40,027 nt of DNA from Candidatus Niyogibacteria bacterium (GTDB lineage: Bacteria; Patescibacteriota; Minisyncoccia; HO2-45-28): NCBI GenBank assembly GCA_016177385.1, contig JACOVJ010000054.1, forward strand, positions 1 to 40,027, read 5' to 3'. The notes below the pieces were generated by a model. That model saw nothing but the letters and a program-made list of their open reading frames with translations, did not search any database and was not told the DNA's origin. Each line of letters begins with the position of its first letter. Within the stretch, counting starts at the first letter, position 1. Both the position numbers and the translations under genes were made by a program. Below, one piece after another: positions 7,303-15,699 of this stretch.

Positions 7303-7363
7303 ATTGGTGTTCGGGTGGAACATCTGTCTAAAAGAATGAACGGTTGTACAAAAATTTAGATAG
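7303..7363 (+). repeat. Third diverged copy of the dinB 3' end plus hairpin (IGVRVEHLSKRMNGCTKI*)
   Basis: ATTGGTGTTCGGGTGGAACATCTGTCTAAAAG...TTTAGATAG aligns with 6582-6640. Confidence 0.65.
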
Positions 7364-7390
7364 AAAAAACGCCCGCGAGATGCGGGCGCG
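7364..7390 (-). terminator. Intrinsic terminator for the lipoprotein gene
   Basis: CGCCCGC/GCGGGCG stem; on the - strand it is followed by TTTTTT. Confidence 0.7.
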
Positions 7391-7401
7391 TACTTGGAAA
7401 A

Positions 7402-7692
7402 TCAGCGGGCGCGGATGACGACAAAATATCCGACATTCTCACCATAGGCCCCGGCGCCGTTGCCGGTCATCGCCTCGATCTCGGTTCCCGGATTTTGTTT
7501 TTTGAATTGGCTGAGCGCATTTCCGAATTTGGCTTCGTTGCAGGGGAAATATAGAACGCCGTATTCGTAATTGAGGGGCAAACAGCCCGCCTTTCCGATG
7601 TTTTCGGATTCGCTGGCCCGATTCGGATTGCATGCAGTCAGGAAAAAGAGAGCAATGAACATCAGCGCCGCTGTCATGATAGATCGCAACAT
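7402..7692 (-). CDS. Small lipoprotein, hypothetical
   Basis: Signal peptide ending in the lipobox FLTAC; AAAGGAG RBS. Confidence 0.75.
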   Translation of the reverse strand: MLRSIMTAALMFIALFFLTACNPNRASESENIGKAGCLPLNYEYGVLYFPCNEAKFGNALSQFKKQNPGTEIEAMTGNGAGAYGENVGYFVVIRAR

Positions 7693-7808
7693 GGCATCTC
7701 CTTTGGGGAGTTATGAGCGTGAATATCCACGCTATTCTTAGTTCTTTTTATCTGTTTTGTCAAGGGTTAGTTGTCTTGCGAGAAGATCCTAGGAATAATA
7801 GGCGCATA

Positions 7809-8759
7809 ATGACCCCGCGGACATTCCGGAAAACGATCTACGATTTTTACCGTTCGTCGGGGCGCGACTTGCCGTGGCGTAAAACAAAAGACCCATATTA
7901 CATCCTCATTTCCGAAATGATGCTCCAGCAAACGCAGGCAGAGAGCGTGATTCCGAAATACGAAGCATTCATTCGCGCATTTCCGGATTTTCGCGCGCTT
8001 GCAACGGCGCCGCTCCGCAACATTTTAGCGCTCTGGAAGGGATTGGGCTATAACCGTCGCGCGTTATATCTAAAAAAAGCGGCCGAAATCGTAATACGAG
8101 AACATGGCGGCGCATTGCCGCGTGATGTCGAAAAACTCTCGGCGTTGCCCGGCATCGGCCGCGCGACCGCATCGGCAGTTGCGGCGTACGCGTTCAACCG
8201 GCCCGTTGTTTTCATCGAAACCAATATCCGGCGCACATTCATCCATCATTTTTTTAAAACCCGCCTCAACGAACAGGATGAGCGCATACCGCGAAAAAGG
8301 GCTTTCGGAGCGCGACGGCGCGAGAACGAGCCGATTTTTCAGCAGAAAAATACGGCGCACCTTTTTCGCGGTATGCGCGAAGACGGCTTTGAGGCGGGTT
8401 CTAGGACCAGTGCAGCAATCGATGATCGCGAACTCCTTCCGCTCGTCGCACGCATGCTCGACCGCCGGAATCCGCGGCGATGGTATAACGCACTGATGGA
8501 TTACGGCGCAATGCTCAAAAAACAGTATCCGAATCCGAACCGACGGAGCCGGCATTATACAAAACAAAAACCGTTCGAGGGGTCGGACCGTGAGATTCGC
8601 GGGAAAATCCTTGAAATGCTTTTGAAAAGACCGCGTCAGACCGAATGGGCGCTTGCGAGAGCCGCAGCGGTCGAACCCGAGCGGGTCCGACAATGCCTAA
8701 AACGGCTTAAAAACGAAGGAATCCTGCGTTATTCACACCCCTATTTTGCGATCGCATAA
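7809..8759 (+). CDS. HhH-GPD DNA glycosylase (MutY/Nth-like) lacking the Fe-S cysteine cluster
   Basis: LPWRKTKDPYYILISEMMLQQTQ, LPGIGRATASAV. The C-terminal region has only one Cys (no 4Fe-4S loop). ATG 7809 within ORF 7713.. Confidence 0.85.
   Translation: MTPRTFRKTIYDFYRSSGRDLPWRKTKDPYYILISEMMLQQTQAESVIPKYEAFIRAFPDFRALATAPLRNILALWKGLGYNRRALYLKKAAEIVIREHGGALPRDVEKLSALPGIGRATASAVAAYAFNRPVVFIETNIRRTFIHHFFKTRLNEQDERIPRKRAFGARRRENEPIFQQKNTAHLFRGMREDGFEAGSRTSAAIDDRELLPLVARMLDRRNPRRWYNALMDYGAMLKKQYPNPNRRSRHYTKQKPFEGSDREIRGKILEMLLKRPRQTEWALARAAAVEPERVRQCLKRLKNEGILRYSHPYFAIA
8258..8400. repeat. About 143-nt compound palindrome translated in frame within the glycosylase gene
   Basis: Outer arms AACCCGCCTCAA (8258-8269) / TTGAGGCGGGTT (8389-8400). 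Inner perfect 19-bp arms 8282-8300 / 8360-8378. Confidence 0.8.
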
Positions 8760-8782
8760 AGCGGGTATAGGATAGGAGAGCA

Positions 8783-9436
8783 ATGAATGCAAAAACCATT
8801 TCTATCATTGCGGGGGTGATCGTGATCGCCGGAGCGGCGAGCTACGGTTTGTATCGCTGGACCGGCGGCGGATCGTTATTAGGAAATAAAGAAAATGTTG
8901 AGCGTTCTATGGCAAGCGCTTCGAATCCCAATCGTTCGCATCGTGTCATGCTCAAGACGAACCTCGGTTCGATCCAGTTTGAAACGTATGATGCGGATGC
9001 GCCGAAAACCGTTGAGAACTTTTTAAAACTCGCGCGCGAGAATTTTTACAGCAATTTGATCTTTCACCGCGTGGTCAAAGGATTCGTGATCCAGGGCGGC
9101 GATCCGAATTGCAGTTCTGGAGCATCCGCGTCCTCCACGGGCCCGTGCGGCGCCGGCGGACCGGGCTACACATTCGAGGACGAATTGAATCCGGAAACGG
9201 AATCATACAAAGCGGGGTACCAAAAAGGCGTGGTCGCCATGGCGAATGCGGGTCCGAACACGAACGGCAGCCAATTTTTCATTCTGTTGGAGGACTATCC
9301 ATTGCCGCATAACTACACGATCTTCGGTAAGGTCGTAAGCGGACAGGAGATCGTGGATGCGATCGGCCGGTTGAATGTAGACTCGAATGACAAACCACTT
9401 TCACCCGTGGTCATCGAGCAGGTGACGGTGGAATAG
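8783..9436 (+). CDS. Cyclophilin-type peptidyl-prolyl cis-trans isomerase, membrane-anchored
   Basis: HRVVKGFVIQGGDP and VAMANAGPNTNGSQFFI motifs; N-terminal TM helix. Confidence 0.95.
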   Translation: MNAKTISIIAGVIVIAGAASYGLYRWTGGGSLLGNKENVERSMASASNPNRSHRVMLKTNLGSIQFETYDADAPKTVENFLKLARENFYSNLIFHRVVKGFVIQGGDPNCSSGASASSTGPCGAGGPGYTFEDELNPETESYKAGYQKGVVAMANAGPNTNGSQFFILLEDYPLPHNYTIFGKVVSGQEIVDAIGRLNVDSNDKPLSPVVIEQVTVE

Positions 9437-9444
9437 AGGTTCGG

Positions 9445-9450
9445 TATAAT
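9445..9450 (+). promoter_or_regulatory. -10 box TATAAT, 6 nt upstream of GTG 9457
   Basis: Consensus hexamer at the same spacing as the other leaderless candidates. Confidence 0.4.
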
Positions 9451-9456
9451 TGAAAG

Positions 9457-10653
9457 GTGTCGAAGCGAGTTTCCAAACGCACGATCGTCATCGGTGCCGT
9501 TGTTTTGGTCGCCGCTGTTTTTGTTTTGGATGTTTCGGGGTCGCTCGAGCGTTATTTGGCATTGGTATTCCCGCCGTCGGCGTTGAGCCCCGCTTATTTG
9601 AAGGGAAAATATGACCAAGGTCAGCCGATCCGGTTGCTGATCGTGCCGGGGCATGAAGTCGGGGTCGGGGGTGCGTTTTACCGCAATTTCTGGGAGCGCG
9701 ACCTGAATATCGAGCTTTCAGAAAAATTGGTGCAATTGTTTGGGCGCGATCCGCATTTTCAGGTAAGCGTTACGCAGAATTGGGCGGGATACTATCCGGA
9801 ATTCGCGGAGTATTTTGAAAATAATCGCGCATCCATCCGGGCATTTTATACCGGCCTGCGCGATGTCATGCGAAGCTTGGTAGGTTCGGGTGTTGTACAG
9901 AAAAAAATGGACGGCGTACGGCATAACGCCGCAAAACCGGAACTCGGCATGCGGCTCTACGGCGTGAACAAATGGGCAAAGGATAACGCCATCGATATCG
10001 TCCTGCATTTGCATTTCAACGACTATCCGGGGCGCCCCCGGAATGGTCCGGGCGAATACGCGGGATTCGCAATCTACATTCCGGAACGCCAATTCCCAAA
10101 TTTTGAGGCGTCGCACGACATTGCGCGCGCGGTCCTGCGGGAATTGGCGCGATATTTCCCGATATCAAGCTACCCGCCGGAAAGCGCGGGAATCGTGGAA
10201 GATCAGGATTTGATCGCCATTGGCGCGAATGCATCGCTTGAGGCTGCGGGCATCCTCATCGAATACGGTTACATCTACGAGCCGCAATTCGCCAACCTCG
10301 CCATCCGGTCCGCCGCGCTTTCGGAATTGGCTCAAGAAACGTATAACGGATTCAAGCGGTATTTTGAAGGCGCGAATACGCCGGTCCGGGAAACGGTGAT
10401 CGTGCCCCACATGTGGGCGCACGAGATCGGCGAAGGCGCGAAAAATCAGCCGGATATTTTTGCTTTGCAGATCGCGTTAACGCGCGACGAACTCTATCCG
10501 CCGGCCGGTAAAAGTCGCGATGATTGTCCGCCGTCAGGTAATTTCGGCCCATGCACGCGCGAAGCGCTGCGCGCTTTTCAAACGCGGTATGGCCTTTCCG
10601 CAAACGGCAAATTAGATCTCAATACGATCGCAAAACTCAATCAAATTTATTAG
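9457..10653 (+). CDS. N-acetylmuramoyl-L-alanine amidase-like protein with C-terminal peptidoglycan-binding domain
   Basis: LLIVPGHE, VLHLHFNDYPG, IEYGYIYE (Amidase_3-like). C-terminal ALQIAL...REALRAFQTRYGLSANGKLD (PG_binding_1-like). GTG start. Confidence 0.7.
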   Translation: MSKRVSKRTIVIGAVVLVAAVFVLDVSGSLERYLALVFPPSALSPAYLKGKYDQGQPIRLLIVPGHEVGVGGAFYRNFWERDLNIELSEKLVQLFGRDPHFQVSVTQNWAGYYPEFAEYFENNRASIRAFYTGLRDVMRSLVGSGVVQKKMDGVRHNAAKPELGMRLYGVNKWAKDNAIDIVLHLHFNDYPGRPRNGPGEYAGFAIYIPERQFPNFEASHDIARAVLRELARYFPISSYPPESAGIVEDQDLIAIGANASLEAAGILIEYGYIYEPQFANLAIRSAALSELAQETYNGFKRYFEGANTPVRETVIVPHMWAHEIGEGAKNQPDIFALQIALTRDELYPPAGKSRDDCPPSGNFGPCTREALRAFQTRYGLSANGKLDLNTIAKLNQIY

Positions 10654-10662
10654 TCACCCCGA

Positions 10663-10736
10663 CCCCGAGGGGAGTCCTAGGGGTGGATAACTAGCACTTA
10701 TACACAGCTTATGCACCCAAAGGACTCCCCTCGGGG
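10663..10736. repeat. 74-nt palindromic repeat, long form, copy 2 (inverted relative to copy 1)
   Basis: CCCCGAGGGGAGTCCT...AAAGGACTCCCCTCGGGG. Boxes GGTGGATAA and TTATACACA each match 8/9. Confidence 0.9.
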
Positions 10737-10741
10737 ATTCT

Positions 10742-11221
10742 ATGATCGCGATTTTGGCAGATATACGAAGTTCGCATAATACCGGGTCCCTATTCCGCAC
10801 GGCGGATGCCGCGGGTGTGGAAAAATTGTATTTGGCGGGTGTGACATCCGGACCGAAGGACCGATACGGCCGGCCCAACGAAAAATTATTGAAAGTCGCA
10901 TTGGGTGCCGAAAAAGCGGTCGCGTGGGAACATATAAGATCCGCCGCACGGCTCGTGGACATACTCAAAAAAGACGGATTCGATATCTGGGCATTGGAAC
11001 AGGCACGGAGCGCGACATCGCTTTTCGATGCACGCCCAAAAAATTTTTCGAAACTCGCGCTCGTGGTCGGCAACGAAATCAAAGGACTTTCCCGCGCTCT
11101 TTTGAAGCGCGCCGATCGCGTCGTTTACGTCCCGATGTATGGGAAAAAGGAATCGCTCAATGTCGCGGTCGCATTCGGCATCGCCGTTTATCAATTCCGC
11201 GCTACAATAGGAAAATTATGA
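10742..11221 (+). CDS. SpoU/TrmH-family RNA 2'-O-methyltransferase
   Basis: HNTGSLFRTADAAGV, LVVGNEIKGLS, ESLNVAVAFGIAVY. Confidence 0.9.
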   Translation: MIAILADIRSSHNTGSLFRTADAAGVEKLYLAGVTSGPKDRYGRPNEKLLKVALGAEKAVAWEHIRSAARLVDILKKDGFDIWALEQARSATSLFDARPKNFSKLALVVGNEIKGLSRALLKRADRVVYVPMYGKKESLNVAVAFGIAVYQFRATIGKL

Positions 11222-12168
11222 CGCGAATGCCCGCGATCACCGGCGATACGTGGTTCCATTCAAAGCCGCTGACGGCCGAGGACTTGCGCGGGCGTATCGT
11301 GCTCGTGGATTTTTGGACCTATTCCTGCGTCAATTGCCAGCGCACGCTTCCGTATCTCCGCGATTGGTGGTCGAAATATAAAGACAAGGATTTCATTTTG
11401 TTGGGCGTTCATTCGCCGGAATTCGAGTTTGAGAAGGATCCGAGGAACGTAGAGGCGGCCTTGAAAAAATTCGGCGTGGAGTGGCCCGTGGTGTTGGATA
11501 ATGACCACGTCATCTGGGATGCATTTGCGAACCGGTATTGGCCCGCGAAGTATCTGGCCGACCGCAAAGGGGAGATCGTCTACACGCATTTCGGCGAAGG
11601 CGGCTATACCGAAACAGAGCGCGAGATCCAAAGGCTTTTGGGCGAAGACCGAACCGGAGAATCCATGCCCGCGATCGCGGCCGAGGAGCATGGCCATGGG
11701 AACGTGTGTTTTATCCCGACGCCCGAAACGTATTGCGGCTACGAGCGCGGCGCGCTGGCGAACGAGGAGGGGCATCAGGAAAATACGGAATTCGATTACC
11801 GGTGGCAGGGCGAATTACCGGAGGATTCCATTGCGCTTGACGGCCGATTTTTTGCCGCCGCTGAATATGTGGAATCACGCGCCGAAGGCGCGTCGCTCCT
11901 CTTGCGGTTCCGCGCGACCGAGGTGAATCTGGTGATGCGTCCGGTTTCCGGAAAAGAAGCGGAGGTTTCAATTACGTTTGATGGCGAAGCGCCGGATCCC
12001 GCGCGGCGCGGGCGAGATGCGGACGAGAATGGCGGCGTCCGGATCCGCGAGCCGGATCTTTACAATCTCTTGAAAAGCGATGAGGTCATGGAGGGAATCC
12101 TGCGCCTCCGCGCCGATGTCGGGAATTTTCAGGCCTACGCATTCACATTTTCCGGATGTGCGGAATAG
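11218..12168 (+). CDS. Thioredoxin-like (redoxin) protein resembling the DipZ C-terminal domain
   Basis: VLVDFWTYSCVNCQRTLPYL (CxxC), GVHSPEFEFE, NRYWPAKYL. ATGA overlap with the trmH-like stop. ORF 10924.. trimmed. Confidence 0.8.
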   Translation: MTRMPAITGDTWFHSKPLTAEDLRGRIVLVDFWTYSCVNCQRTLPYLRDWWSKYKDKDFILLGVHSPEFEFEKDPRNVEAALKKFGVEWPVVLDNDHVIWDAFANRYWPAKYLADRKGEIVYTHFGEGGYTETEREIQRLLGEDRTGESMPAIAAEEHGHGNVCFIPTPETYCGYERGALANEEGHQENTEFDYRWQGELPEDSIALDGRFFAAAEYVESRAEGASLLLRFRATEVNLVMRPVSGKEAEVSITFDGEAPDPARRGRDADENGGVRIREPDLYNLLKSDEVMEGILRLRADVGNFQAYAFTFSGCAE

Positions 12169-12175
12169 CGATCGG

Positions 12176-12184
12176 TGATATTCT
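12176..12184 (+). promoter_or_regulatory. Extended -10 TGATATTCT, 6 nt upstream of ATG 12191
   Basis: TGnTAnnnT pattern at fixed spacing. Confidence 0.45.
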
Positions 12185-12190
12185 AAAAGA

Positions 12191-13159
12191 ATGATGGAAC
12201 AAGCGCTCCGGGATTTTCCCCGTCAGCTTGAATTCGAGCCGACGATCGAAAACGAAGGCGCATTACGGCGCGCCAAGCGCGTGATCGTTTGTGGTATGGG
12301 TGGTTCGAACTTAGCGACCGGACTCGTTGCCGCAGCGCATCCCCGTGAGGATGTCCGCGCCCACCGCGATTACGGCCTCCCGATCCTTCCAAACGGCGAC
12401 CTCGAAGCAAGTTTGGTCGTCGCAAATTCGCATTCCGGCAATACCGAGGAAACGCTCGATGCGTTCGACCGGGCCGAGGAACGCGGATTGGCGCTTGCGG
12501 CCATGACCACCGGAGGGAAACTGTTGGAACGCGCAGAAAAAAACTCGATCCCGCTGATCCGGATCCCCGCCGGCGATCTTCAGCCGCGCTCGGCTCTGGG
12601 GTTCCATGTGCGCGCGCTGTTGAAACTGATGGGTGATGAGCAGGGGCTTGCGGAAATAAAGAAACTGGCAAGCGGTTTGGACGGCGACGCGGCCGAAAAG
12701 CGCGGTAAAGTCATTGCGAAAAAACTTACGGGATCGATCCCAATGATCTATGCGTCCGGACGCAATAAAACGCTTTCACATATTTGGAAAGTAAAAATAA
12801 ACGAAACAGCGAAAAGCCCCGCGTTCTGCAACGTGTTTCCGGAATTGAATCACAACGAAATGACGGGGTTTGATGTCGGGCAGGCCGTCAAACCGGTTTT
12901 CGGAAATTTTCATTTTCTTTTTTTGCGCGACCTCGACGATCATCCAAAGATCGTGAAACGGATGACCGAAACCGCAACGATCTTCAAAAAACTGGGATAC
13001 GGCGTTGATGATGTCGAGCTTGAAGGGAGCGGGCCGTGGGAAAAAATAGTGCGCATGCTGTTGATTTCCGATTGGGCCACATTTTATCTGGCGCGCGCGT
13101 ACGGAGTAGATCCGGAAGCGGTCCCGCTGGTGGAGGAATTCAAGAAGCGGATGGCATGA
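12191..13159 (+). CDS. Bifunctional phosphoglucose/phosphomannose isomerase (SIS domain, archaeal type)
   Basis: CGMGGSNLATG, SHSGNTEET, PELNHNEMTGF. Confidence 0.8.
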   Translation: MMEQALRDFPRQLEFEPTIENEGALRRAKRVIVCGMGGSNLATGLVAAAHPREDVRAHRDYGLPILPNGDLEASLVVANSHSGNTEETLDAFDRAEERGLALAAMTTGGKLLERAEKNSIPLIRIPAGDLQPRSALGFHVRALLKLMGDEQGLAEIKKLASGLDGDAAEKRGKVIAKKLTGSIPMIYASGRNKTLSHIWKVKINETAKSPAFCNVFPELNHNEMTGFDVGQAVKPVFGNFHFLFLRDLDDHPKIVKRMTETATIFKKLGYGVDDVELEGSGPWEKIVRMLLISDWATFYLARAYGVDPEAVPLVEEFKKRMA

Positions 13160-13163
13160 ACAG

Positions 13164-13331
13164 GAATCCCAAACGTTGTGGAGGATGCGTCGGGCTGGGC
13201 GGAAGCATGCTTCCGCCGGCCGAAGGCCGTGGCTTTGCGCCGCAGAAGCGCAAAGTGGGAACAATGGTTTTGCCCGCCAAAGGCGGGCGTCTAGAAATAG
13301 AGGCGAGCATCCGGAATAACGTTTGGGATTC
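13164..13331 (+). other. 168-nt multi-hairpin element E1 closed by GAATCCCAAACGTT / AACGTTTGGGATTC
   Basis: Perfect 14-bp closing stem (13164-13177 / 13318-13331). Inner hairpins at 13198-13217, 13218-13228, 13233-13255 and 13272-13288. Confidence 0.75.
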
Positions 13332-13348
13332 TTAAAGTGTATTGAATT

Positions 13349-14158
13349 ATGCGTTTGCTTTTCGATATCGGGGCCACGAAAACGCGTCTTGCGACAATAG
13401 AGGACGGAAAAACCTTCGGTGAGCCGCTGGTCATCCCGACCGAATCGGATTTTGAGGCGGGGATGGCGGCATTTGCGGCCGCGGCAAAAAAACTGATAAA
13501 GACCGGGCGCGCGGAATTCGCCGTGGGCGGCGCGGCGGGGCCCTTTGACCGTGACAAAACCACGATGGTCAATGCGCCTAATTTCCCGAATTGGCGCCGC
13601 CGGCCGCTAAAACAGCGGCTCGAGGATATCGCGCAGGCTCCCGTTTTTTTGGAAAACGATGCGGCGCTTGCGGGAGTGGGAGAATGGGCGTATGGAGCCG
13701 GGCGCGGTCACGGCATTGTAGCGTACCTGACGGTCAGCACGGGCGTGGGAGGCGCGCGCATCACGAATGGCGCCATTGATGCGAGCGCGCAGGGCTTCGA
13801 GCCCGGGCACCATATAATAGAAGCAAAAACGCGCCTGACGTTCGAAGCGGCGGTTTCGGGTTCGGCGGTCGAGCGCCGATTCGGCGTAAAACCGCAGACG
13901 ATCTCGGATGCGGGGTTATGGGAGGAATTGGCGGAAAAACTGGCGGTCGGTATTCATAATGCGATCGTTTTCTGGTCGCCGGATGTCGTTATTCTCGGCG
14001 GCTCGATGATCTTGGGAGATCCCGCGATTCCGCTCGACCGCACGGAGGCGCACCTTGCCGCACTTCCGCAGATCTTTCCGGAACTTCCAAAAATCGAAAA
14101 AGCGGCACTCGGCGATTTTTCGGTCCTGTACGGCGCGCTCGCGCTTGCCAATCGGTAA
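13349..14158 (+). CDS. ROK-family sugar kinase (glucokinase-like)
   Basis: LFDIGATKTRLA, ENDAALAGVGEW, TVSTGVGGA. Confidence 0.85.
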   Translation: MRLLFDIGATKTRLATIEDGKTFGEPLVIPTESDFEAGMAAFAAAAKKLIKTGRAEFAVGGAAGPFDRDKTTMVNAPNFPNWRRRPLKQRLEDIAQAPVFLENDAALAGVGEWAYGAGRGHGIVAYLTVSTGVGGARITNGAIDASAQGFEPGHHIIEAKTRLTFEAAVSGSAVERRFGVKPQTISDAGLWEELAEKLAVGIHNAIVFWSPDVVILGGSMILGDPAIPLDRTEAHLAALPQIFPELPKIEKAALGDFSVLYGALALANR

Positions 14159-14211
14159 AAAATAGGGTACTCTTTTTTGAAACCAGCAGTCCTTTGACAG
14201 GAGGGCCGGAT

Positions 14212-15690
14212 ATGGCGCAGAGCTTCGTGGAAAAGATCGAAAAAGCTCCGATTGAACTGTCCTACGATGACGTTTTGATCCGTCCTTTGTATTCGGAAAT
14301 CTCTCCGCTCGAAGTGGATACCAACAGCCGGTTCAGCAGCCATATCTCGCTTAAGGTGCCGATCGTGTCGTCGCCGATGGATACGGTGACCGAACATTTG
14401 TTGGCGATCGGGATCGCGTGCGCGGGCGGCTTGGGAATCATCCATAAAAATCTTTCCATTGCCGATCAGGTGGAAGAAATCGCAAAAGTGAAGCGGTGGC
14501 AAAGCGGGAAGATCGTAAATCCGCAGATGCTTCGTCCGAATCAGACGATCGGGGATGCGCGTCGGCGCATGGAGCACGAAGGAATTTCCGGGTTTTTGGT
14601 CGTTGATTCCGCGGGGAAACTGGTAGGGCTTCTGACGCGGCGCGATTTTGATTACGATCCGCTCGGCGACAGCGTGCTGGTCGGCGACGTGATGACGTCG
14701 AACGAAGCCGGTGAACTCATTTGGGCGAACGAACAAACGACGATGGAGCAGGCGCAAGAAATTTTGTGGAAACATCGCATCGAGAAACTTCCCATCGTGG
14801 ATGCGGATTTTCGTCCCAAAGGCCTTTTTACCAAAAAGGATATCCGGAAACGGCGTCAGTTTCCGAATGCGACGCATGATGCGCACGGGCGGTTGTGTGT
14901 GGGCGCGGCGGTAGGAGCGGTCGGCGATTTTCTGGAGCGCGCAAAAGCGCTGGTGGAAGCCGGTGTCGATGTCATCGTCGTGGATGCGTCGCTTGGGCAT
15001 ACAAAAAATGTCGGCGAGGCGGTGCGCGCGCTCAAAAAACTTCCCGAAATGCCGGATGTGGTCGCCGGGAATATCGTGACGGCGGATGCCGCAAGGTTTC
15101 TGATGGATGCGGGTGCGGATGGATTGCGGGTCGGTATCGGTCCCGGTTCGATCTGCACCACGCGCATGGTCACGGGGTACGGCCGGCCGCAACTCTCGGC
15201 GGTTGCCGATGTTGCGGATGCGGCGGGAGGGATCGTTCCGGTCATTGCGGATGGCGGTATCAAGTTGTCGGGCGATATCGTGAAGGCGCTTGCGGGCGGC
15301 GCCGATAGCATCATGATCGGAAATCTCTTGGCGCGAACCGACGAAAGCGCGGGCGAAATCGTGCAGCGGGGCAGCCAACGATACAAAAAATATCGAGGGA
15401 TGGGTTCGAAGGCGGTGCTGGAGGCGGGCGGCGATCGGTATCCTAGGAAATCTGTTCCCGAAGGCGAGGAGGGTTTGGTTCCATGTGCGGGGCCGCTTGC
15501 GGATGTGTTTCGGCAGCTGGAGGGCGGCTTGCGTCAGGGGATGGGTGGCGTCGGTTGCCGGACGATCGATGAGCTTCGTTCAAAAACATTTTTTGAGCGC
15601 ATTACATCGGCGGGACTTCAGGAAAGCCATGTGCATGACATTTGGCTCGAAACCGAACCCCCTCCCAATTTCCGGAATTGGAATCAGTGA
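14212..15690 (+). CDS. guaB: Inosine-5'-monophosphate dehydrogenase
   Basis: LSYDDVLIRP, CBS pair, GIGPGSICTTR, GMGS. AGGAGGG RBS 6 nt upstream of ATG 14212. Confidence 0.95.
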   Translation: MAQSFVEKIEKAPIELSYDDVLIRPLYSEISPLEVDTNSRFSSHISLKVPIVSSPMDTVTEHLLAIGIACAGGLGIIHKNLSIADQVEEIAKVKRWQSGKIVNPQMLRPNQTIGDARRRMEHEGISGFLVVDSAGKLVGLLTRRDFDYDPLGDSVLVGDVMTSNEAGELIWANEQTTMEQAQEILWKHRIEKLPIVDADFRPKGLFTKKDIRKRRQFPNATHDAHGRLCVGAAVGAVGDFLERAKALVEAGVDVIVVDASLGHTKNVGEAVRALKKLPEMPDVVAGNIVTADAARFLMDAGADGLRVGIGPGSICTTRMVTGYGRPQLSAVADVADAAGGIVPVIADGGIKLSGDIVKALAGGADSIMIGNLLARTDESAGEIVQRGSQRYKKYRGMGSKAVLEAGGDRYPRKSVPEGEEGLVPCAGPLADVFRQLEGGLRQGMGGVGCRTIDELRSKTFFERITSAGLQESHVHDIWLETEPPPNFRNWNQ

Positions 15691-15699
15691 TTTTCGACT

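Noticed and set aside
10654-11082. ORFs whose products contain PRGVLWVHKL(W/C)ISASYP... (10654..11082 -, 18028..18477 -, 3913..4152 -, part of 3496..4155 +)
   Set aside because: The shared peptide is simply the translation of the 74-nt palindromic repeat. The ORFs otherwise overlap real genes on the other strand.
10924-11217. Long N-terminal extensions of ORFs 10924..12168, 23089..25512, 3968..4432, 3170..3916, 1003..1713, 2328..3194, 6704..7267, 7713..8759, 14194..15690, 29179..29787, 31479..32519 and 33474..34520
   Set aside because: The extensions overlap the preceding gene or a repeat. Internal starts with an RBS, a leaderless -10 box or ATGA coupling give N-termini that match the expected protein families or signal peptides.
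13164-13331. E1 as a known riboswitch, SRP RNA, 6S RNA, tmRNA or RNase P RNA
   Set aside because: By eye I could not find the hallmark conserved motifs of these classes, such as the SRP GGAAGCAGCC-type domain IV, the B12 box, the TPP CUGAGA motif or the RNase P GAAAGUCC-type core. The call is left as an unassigned structured element pending a covariance-model scan.
13954-15378. 474-aa ORF on the - strand, plus 14856..15386, antisense to guaB
   Set aside because: It fully overlaps a gene with unmistakable IMPDH motifs on the + strand. Its Arg/Pro/His-rich low-complexity translation is typical of shadow ORFs in GC-rich DNA.
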